Positions 56,823 to 64,000 of a DNA stretch of 64,000 nucleotides are shown piece by piece. The notes beneath the pieces were generated by a model that searched no databases, had not been told where the DNA came from, and was given only the letters and a program-made list of their open reading frames with translations. Source of the stretch: the human T2T-CHM13v2.0 reference genome, Homo sapiens; the NCBI RefSeq assembly GCF_009914755.1, contig NC_060933.1, one strand, 5' to 3'. The position numbers were made by a program, and so were the translations under genes. Every line of letters begins with the position of its first letter. Position 1 is the stretch's first letter.

Positions 56823-56834
56823 ATTCCATGGAAT
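56823..56834. other. Satellite inversion breakpoint, palindrome ATTCCA|TGGAAT
   Basis: The sequence reads ...ccattctATTCCATGGAATgtaatggagag... Orientation switches between 56828 and 56829, with no inserted foreign sequence. Confidence 0.97.
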
Positions 56835-59800
56835 GTAATGGAGAGTCAGGGAGTAGAATAGAATGAATCTGAATGTAATGGAATGGAATGCAACGGAATG
56901 GAATGGAATGGAATGGAATGGAATGGAATGGAATGGAATGCAATGGAATTGAATCAACCCGAGTACAATGGAATGCAATGGAATGGAATGGAATGGAATG
57001 GAATGGAATGGAATGGAATGGAATGGAATGATACGGAATAGAATGGAATGGAACGAAATGGAATAGAATGGAATGGAATGGAATGGAATGGAATGGAATG
57101 GAATGGAATGGAATCTTTCCGAGTGGAATAGGAGGGAATGTATTCGAGTGGAATGGAAAGGAATGGAATCAACCAGAGTGGAATGGAAGGGAATGGAATG
57201 GAATGGAAACTAATAGACTGGAATCAACCCGAGAGGAATGGAATGGAAAGGACTGGAATGGAATGGAAAGGAATGGAATCAACTCGATTGTAATGGAATG
57301 GAATGGAATGGAATGCAATGGAATGGAATGGAATAGAGTGGAATGGAATTAACCTGAATAAAATGCAATGGAATGGAATGGAACGGAATGGAGTGGAATG
57401 GAATGGAATCAACCCGAGTGCAGGGGAATGGAATGGAATGGAATGCAATGGAATGGAATCATCCGGAATGGAATGGAATGGAGTGGAATGCAAAGCAATG
57501 GAATCAACTCGATTGCAATGGAATGGAATGGAATGGAAAGGAATACATTGGGATCAACCCGAGTGGAATGGAATGGAAAGGACTGGAATGGAGTGGAATG
57601 GAATGGAATGGAATGGAATGGAATCAAATCGATTGGAATGGAATGGAATGGAATGGAATGGAATGGAATTAACCCGAATAGAATGGAATGGAATGGAATG
57701 GAACGGAATGGAATGGAATGGAATGGAATGGAATGGAATGGAATGGAAACAACCCGACTGCAGGGGAATGGAATGGTATGGAATGCAATGGAATGGATTC
57801 AACTTGAATGGAATGGAAAGAATGGAATCAACACGAGTGGAATGGCAGGAATTGGAATGGAATGGAATGGAATCAACCCGAGTACAGGGGAATGGAATGG
57901 AATGGAATGCAATGGAATGGAATCATCCGTAATGGAATGGAAAGGAATGGAATGGAATGGAATGGAATGGAATGGAATGGAATCAACTCCATTGCAATCG
58001 AATGGAATGGAATGGAATTAACCCGAATAGAATGGAATGGAATGGAATGGAACGGAACGGAACGGAATGGAATGGATTGGAATGGAATGGAATGGAATGG
58101 AATGGAACGGAAAGGAATGGAATGGAATGGAATGGAATGGAATGGAATGGAATCAACGCGAGTGCAGGGGAATGGAATGGAATGGAATGCAATGGAATGG
58201 AATCTTCCGGAATGGAGTGGAATGGAATGGAATGGAATGGAATGGAATGGAATGGAATAAACCCGAGTGCAATGGAATGGAGTGGAATGGAATGGAATGG
58301 AATGGAACAACCCGAATTGAATGGAATGGAATGGAGAGTAAGGGAGTTGAATAGAATCAATCCGAATGTAATGGAATGGAATTGTACGGAATGGAATTGA
58401 ATGGAATGGAATGGAATGCAATGGAATGGAATCAACCCGAGTTCAATGGAATGGAGAGGAATGGAATGGAATGGAATGGAATCTACCCGAATGGAATGGA
58501 ATGTAATGGAGTGTAAGGGAATTGAATAGAATCAATCCGAATGTAATGGAATGGAATGGAACGGAATGGAATGAAATGGAATGGAATGGAATGGAATGGA
58601 ATGCAATGGAATGGAATCAACCCGAGTGCAATCGAATGGAATGGAATGGAATGGAATGCAATGGAATGGATTCAACTTGAATGGAATGGAAAGAATGGAA
58701 TCAACACGAGTGGAATGGCATGGATTGGAATGGAATGGAATGGAAACAACCCGAGTACAGGGGAATGGAATGGAATGGAATGCAATGGAATGGAATCATC
58801 CGTAATGGAATGGAAAGGAATGGAATGGAATGGAATGGAATGGAATGGAATGGAATGGAATGGAATCAACTCGATTGCAATGGAAGGGAATGGAATGGAA
58901 TTAACCCGAATAGAATGCAATGGAATGGAATGGAACGGAACGGAACGGAATGGAATGGAATGGAATGGAATGGAATGGAATGGAACGGAAAGGAAGGGAA
59001 TGGAATGGAATAGAATGGAATGGAATGGAATCAACGCGAGTGCAGAGGAATGGAATGGAATGGAATGGAATGGAATGCAATCTTCCGGAATGGAATGGAA
59101 TGGAATGGAATGGAATGGAATGGAATGGAATCAACCCGAGTGCAATGGAATGTAATGGAGAGTAAAGGAGTTGAAAAGAATCAATCCGAATGTAATGGAA
59201 TGGAATGGACCAGAATGGAATGGAATGGAATGGAATGGAATGGAATGAAATGGAATGGAATCAACCCGAGTACAATGGAATGGAATGGAATGGAATGGAA
59301 TGGAATGGAATGGAATGGAATGGAATGGAATGGATTGGAATGGAATGCAACGGATTCAACTCGATTGCAATGGAATGGAATAGAATGGAATGGAATGGAA
59401 TGGAATGGAATGGAATTAAACCGAATAGAATGGAATGGAATGGAATGGAGCGGAACAGAACGGAACGGAACGGAACGGAGTGGAATGGAATGGAATGGAA
59501 TTGTATGGAATGGAATGGAATGGTACGGAATAGAATGGAATGGAAAGAATTGGAATGGAATGGAATGGAATGGAATGGAATGGAATGGAATTGAATCAAC
59601 CCGATTGCAGGGGAATGTAATGGAACGGAATGCAATAGAATGGAATCATCCGGAATGGAATGGAATGGAATGGAATGGAATGGAATGGAATGGAATGGAA
59701 TCAACCCGAGCGCAATGGAATGGAGTGGAATGGAATGGAATGGAATGGAACAACCCGAATGGAATGGAATGTAATGGAGAGTAAGGGAGTTGAATAGAAT

Positions 59801-62800
59801 CAATCCGAATGTAATGGAATGGAACGGAATGGAATGGAATGGAATGGAATGGAATGGAATGGAATCAACCCGAGTACAATGGAACGGAATGGAATGGAAT
59901 GTAATGTAATGGAATGGAATGGAATTCAATGGAATGGAATCAACCCGAGTGCAATGGAATGGAGTGGAATGGAATGGAATGGAATGGAACAACCCGAATG
60001 GAATGGAATGTAATGGAGAGTAAGGGAGTTGAATAGAATCAATCCGAATGTAATGGAATGGAATGCAACGGAATGGAATGGAATGGAATGGAATGGAATG
60101 CAATGGAATTGAATCAACCCGAGTACAATGGAATGGAAAGGAATGGAATGGAATGGAATGGAATGATACGGAATAGAATGGAATGGAACGAAATGGAATG
60201 GAATGGAATGGAATGGAATGGAATGGAATGGAATGGAATCGTTCCGAGTGGAATAGGAGGGAATGTATTCGAGTGGAATGGAAAGGAATGGAATCAACCA
60301 GAGTGGAATGCAAGGGAATGCAATGGAATGGAAACTAATAGAATGGAATCAACCCGAGAGGAATGGAATGGAAAGGAATGGAGTGGAATAGAATGGAATC
60401 AACCCGAGTGCAGGGGAATGGAATGGAATGGAAAGCAATGGAAAGGAATCATCCGGAATGGAATGGAATGGAATGGAATGCAAAGCAATGGAATCAACTC
60501 GATTGCAATGGAATGGAATGGAATGGAAAGGAATACATTGGAATCAACCCGAGTGGAATGGAATGGAAAGGACTGGAATGGAGTGGAATGGAATGGAATG
60601 GAATGGAATGGAATCAACTCGATTGGAATGGAATGGAATGGAATGGAATGGAATGGAATGGAATGGATTTAACCCGTATAGAATGGAATGGAATGGAATG
60701 GAACGGAACGGAACGGAATGGAATGGAATGGAAACAAACCGACTGCAGGGGAATGGAATGGAATGGAATGCAATGGAATGGATTCAACTTGAATGGAATG
60801 GAAAGAATGGAATCAACACGAGTGGATTGGCATCGATTGGAATGGAATGGAATGGAATCAACCCGAGTACAGGGGAATGGAATGGAATGGAATGCAATGG
60901 AATGGAATCATCCGTAATGGAATGGAAAGGAATGGAATGGAATGGAATGGAATGGAATCAACTCGATTGCAATCGAATGGAATGGAATGGAATTAACCCG
61001 AATAGAATGGAATGGAATGGAATGGAACGGAACGGAACGGAATGGAATGGATTGGAATGGAATGGAATGGAATGGAATGGAACGGAAAGGAATGGAATGG
61101 AATGGAATGGAATGGAATCAATGCGAGTGCAGGGGAATGGAATGGAATGGAATGCAATGGAATGGAATCTTCTGGAATGGAATGGAATGGAATGGAATGG
61201 AATGGAATGGAATGGAATAAACCCGAGTGCAATGGAATGGAGTGGAATGGAATGGAATGGAATGGAACAACCCGAATGGAATGGAATGTAATGGAGAGTA
61301 AGGGAGTTGAATAGAATCAATCCGAATGTAATGGAATGGAATGGAACGGAATGGAATTGAATGGAATGGAATGGAATGCAATGGAATGGAATCAACCCGA
61401 GTTCAATGGAATGGAGAGAAATGGAATGGAACGGAATGGAAACTACCCGAATGGAATGGAATGTAATGGAGTGTAAGGGAATTGAATAGAATCAATCCGA
61501 ATGTAATGGAATGGAATGGAACGGAATGGAATGGAATGGAATGGAATGGAATGGAATGGAATGCAAAGGAATGGAATCAACCCGAGTGCAATCGAATGGA
61601 ATCGAATGGAATGGAATGCAATGGAATGGATTCAACTTGAATGGAATGGAAAGAATGGAATCAACACGAGTAGAATGGCATGGATTGGAATGGAATGGAA
61701 TGGAATGGAATCAACCCGAGTACAGGGGAATGGAATGGAATGGAATGCAATGGAATGGAATCATCCGTAATGGAATGGAAAGGAATGGAATGGAATGGAA
61801 TGGAATGGAATGGAATGGAATGGAATCAACTCGATTGCAATCGAATGGAATGGAATGGAATTAACCTGAATAGAATGGAATGGAATGGAATGGAACGGAA
61901 CGGAACGGAATGGAACGGAACGGAGTGGAATGGAATGGAATGGAATTGTATGGAATGGAATGGCATGGTACGGAATAGAATGGAATGGAAAGAATTGGAA
62001 TGGAATGGAATCGAATGGAATGCAATGGAATGGAATGGAATCAACCCGAGTGCAGGGGAATGTAATGGAACGGAATGCAATGGAATGGAATCATCCGGAA
62101 TGGAATGGAATGGAATGGAATGGAATGGAATGGAATGGAATGGAATCAACCCGAGTGCAATGGAATGGAGTGGAATGGAATGGAATGGAACGGAACAACC
62201 CGAATGGAATGGAATGTAATGGAGAGTAAGGGAGTTGAATAGAATCAATCCGAATGTAATGGAATGGAACGGAATGGAATGCAATGGAATGGAATCAACC
62301 CGAGTACAATGGAACGGAATGGAATGGAATGTAATGGAATGGAATGGAATGGAATGGAATGCAATGGAATCAACCCGAGTTCAATGGAATGGAGAGGAAT
62401 GGAATGGAATGGAATGGAAACTTCCCGAATGAAATGGAATGTAATGGAGTGTAAGGGAATTGAATAGAATCAATCCGAATGTAATGGAATGGAATGGAAT
62501 GGAATGGAATGGAATGGAATGGAATGCAATGGAATGGAATCAACCCGAGTGCAATCGAATGGAATCGAATGGAATGGAATGCAATGGAATGGATTCAACT
62601 TGAATGGAATGGAAAGAATGCAATCAACACGAGTGGAATGGCATGGATTGGAATGGAATGGAATGGAATCAACCCGAGTACAGGGGAATGGAATGGAATG
62701 GAATGCAATGGAATGGAATCATCCGTAATGGAATGGAAAGGAATGGAATGGAATGGAATGGAATGGAATGGAATGGAATCAACTCGATTGCAATCGAATG

Positions 62801-64000
62801 GAATGGAATGGAATTAACCCGAATAGAATGGAATGGAATGGAATGGAACGGAACGGAATGCAATGGAATGGAATGGAATGGAATGGAATGGAACGGAATG
62901 GAAGGGAATGGAATGGAATAGAATGGAATGGAATGCAATCAACGCGAGTGCAGGGGAATGGAATGGAATGGAATGCAATGGAATGGAATCTTCCGGAATG
63001 GAATGGAATGGAATGGAATGGAATCAACCCGAGTGCAATGGAATGGAGTGGAATGGAATGGAATGGAATGGAACAACCCGAATGGAATGGAATGTAATGG
63101 AGAGTAAGGGAGTTGAATAGAATCAATCCGAATGTAATGGAATGGAATGGAACGGAATGGAATTTAATGTAATGGAATGGAATGCATTGGAATGGAATCA
63201 ACCCGAGTGCAATGGAATGGAGAGGAATGGAATGGAATGGAATGGAAGCTACCCGAATGGAATGGAATGTAATGGAGTGTAAGGGAATTGAATAGAATCA
63301 ATCCGAATGTAATGGAATGGAATGGAACGGAATGGAATGGAATGGAATGGAATGGAATGGAATGGAATGGAATGGAATGCAATGGAATGGAATCAACCCG
63401 AGTGCAATCGAATGGAATCGAATGGAATGGAATGCAATGGAATGGATTCAACTTGAATGGAATGGAAAGAATGGAATCAACACGAGTGGAATGGCATGGA
63501 TTGGAATGGAATGGAATGGAATCAACCCGAGTACAGGGGAATGGAATGGAATGGAATGCATTGGAATGGAATCATCCGTAATGGAATGGAAAGGAAAGGA
63601 ATGGAATGGAATGGAATGGAATCAACTCGATTGCAATCGCACGGAATGGAATGGAATTAACCCGAATAGAATGGAATGGAATGGAATGGAACGGAACGGA
63701 ATGGAATGGAATGGAATGGAATGGAATGGAACGGAACGGAATGGAATGGAATGGAATGGAATGGAATCAACGCGAGTGCAGGGGAATGGAATGGAATGGA
63801 ATGCAATGGAATGGAATCTTCCGGAATGGAATGGAATGGAATGGAATGGAATGAAATGCAATGGATTCAACTCGATTGCAATGGAATGGAATAGAATGGA
63901 ATGGAATGGAATGGAATGGGATTAACCCGAATAAAATGGAATGGAATGGGATGGAACGGAATGGAACGGAATGGAATGGAATGGAATGGAATGGAATGGT
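56829..64000 (-). repeat. Satellite 3 array in inverted orientation, G-rich (GGAAT)n strand on +
   Basis: The same modules appear as reverse complements (CAACCCGAGT, GGATTCAACTTG, ATCTTCCGG, AATTAACCCGAA) and in reversed order. Confidence 0.98.

Larger units (their letters stand above)
1..56828 (+). repeat. Satellite 3 (HSat3/SatIII) array, C-rich (CATTC)n strand on +
   Basis: Continuous diverged ATTCC pentamers interspersed with the classical satellite 3 decamer ACTCGGGTTG and recurrent modules (CAAGTTGAATCC, TACGGATG, CCGGAAGAT, TTCGGGTTAATT). No non-satellite sequence is present. Confidence 0.98.

Noticed and set aside
56826-56831. CCATGG (NcoI) as a unique junction marker or Kozak start
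   Set aside because: Another CCATGG arises by point mutation at 28192-28197, and the junction ATG runs into a stop after three codons (ATG GAA TGT AAT continues only as repeat-derived sequence) with no evidence of a gene.
56780-56900. Mobile element insertion or perfect fold-back at the junction
   Set aside because: There is no foreign sequence, poly-A or TSD. The perfect palindrome is only 12 bp, and the module order on the two arms is not mirrored.
47-63925. Hundreds of ORFs up to 398 aa (poly-MEWNG / poly-FHSIP)
   Set aside because: A 5-bp repeat with no stop codon is open in all six frames. The ORFs overlap in every frame, have no domains and flip with the inversion. Poly-WNGME translation is known for SCA31 UGGAA repeats, but nothing here supports translation.
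1-64000. CRISPR-like alternation of repeats and 'spacers'
   Set aside because: The interspersed modules are recurrent, in-phase mutated pentamers rather than unique spacers. Spacing is irregular and there are no cas genes.
1-64000. HSat2, DYZ1, alpha satellite or telomeric repeat identity
   Set aside because: CATTCGATTC is only a minor module, unlike HSat2. I see no regular ~3.6-kb period, no 171-bp monomer or CENP-B box, and no TTAGGG tract (a single chance TTAGGG at 1501).
56829-64000. G-quadruplex-forming region
   Set aside because: The strand has mostly GG doublets with isolated GGG/GGGG runs and no four closely spaced G3 tracts. (GGAAT)n can form G:A-paired hairpins, but that is generic to the satellite.
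1-64000. A novel protein-based biological system
   Set aside because: There is no coding or structured-RNA content. Any novelty here is architectural or regulatory, and remains a hypothesis.

Overview
The whole window is classical satellite 3 DNA (HSat3/SatIII type): a diverged (CATTC)n pentamer array with the diagnostic ACTCGGGTTG/CAACCCGAGT decamer. I see no credible protein-coding gene, RNA gene, transposon or CRISPR array; every ORF in the track is an artefact of the stop-free pentamer (FHSIP/MEWNG). The main structural event is a clean strand inversion at 56828/56829, through a 12-bp palindrome with no insert: CATTC is on + to the left and GAATG is on + to the right. Under the pentamer lies an ordered set of non-pentamer modules: a shared core plus ~0.86-kb and ~1.7-kb paths, giving a ~2.6-kb basal unit. 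Recent duplications sit on top of this (~5.0-5.3 kb x ~2.5 copies at 5-18 kb, ~2.6-2.85 kb x3 at 18-25.5 kb, 1.62 kb x2 at 29.3-32.6 kb), along with an older, more diverged layer from ~27 kb onward. About 50 copies of a 3-unit heat shock element-like motif (ATTCC-GGAAG-ATTCC) and a recurrent 14-bp palindrome are built into the core. The motif content suggests the human chr9q12 HSat3 array, but that is inference. All counts and boundaries were read by eye and are approximate unless exact coordinates are given.
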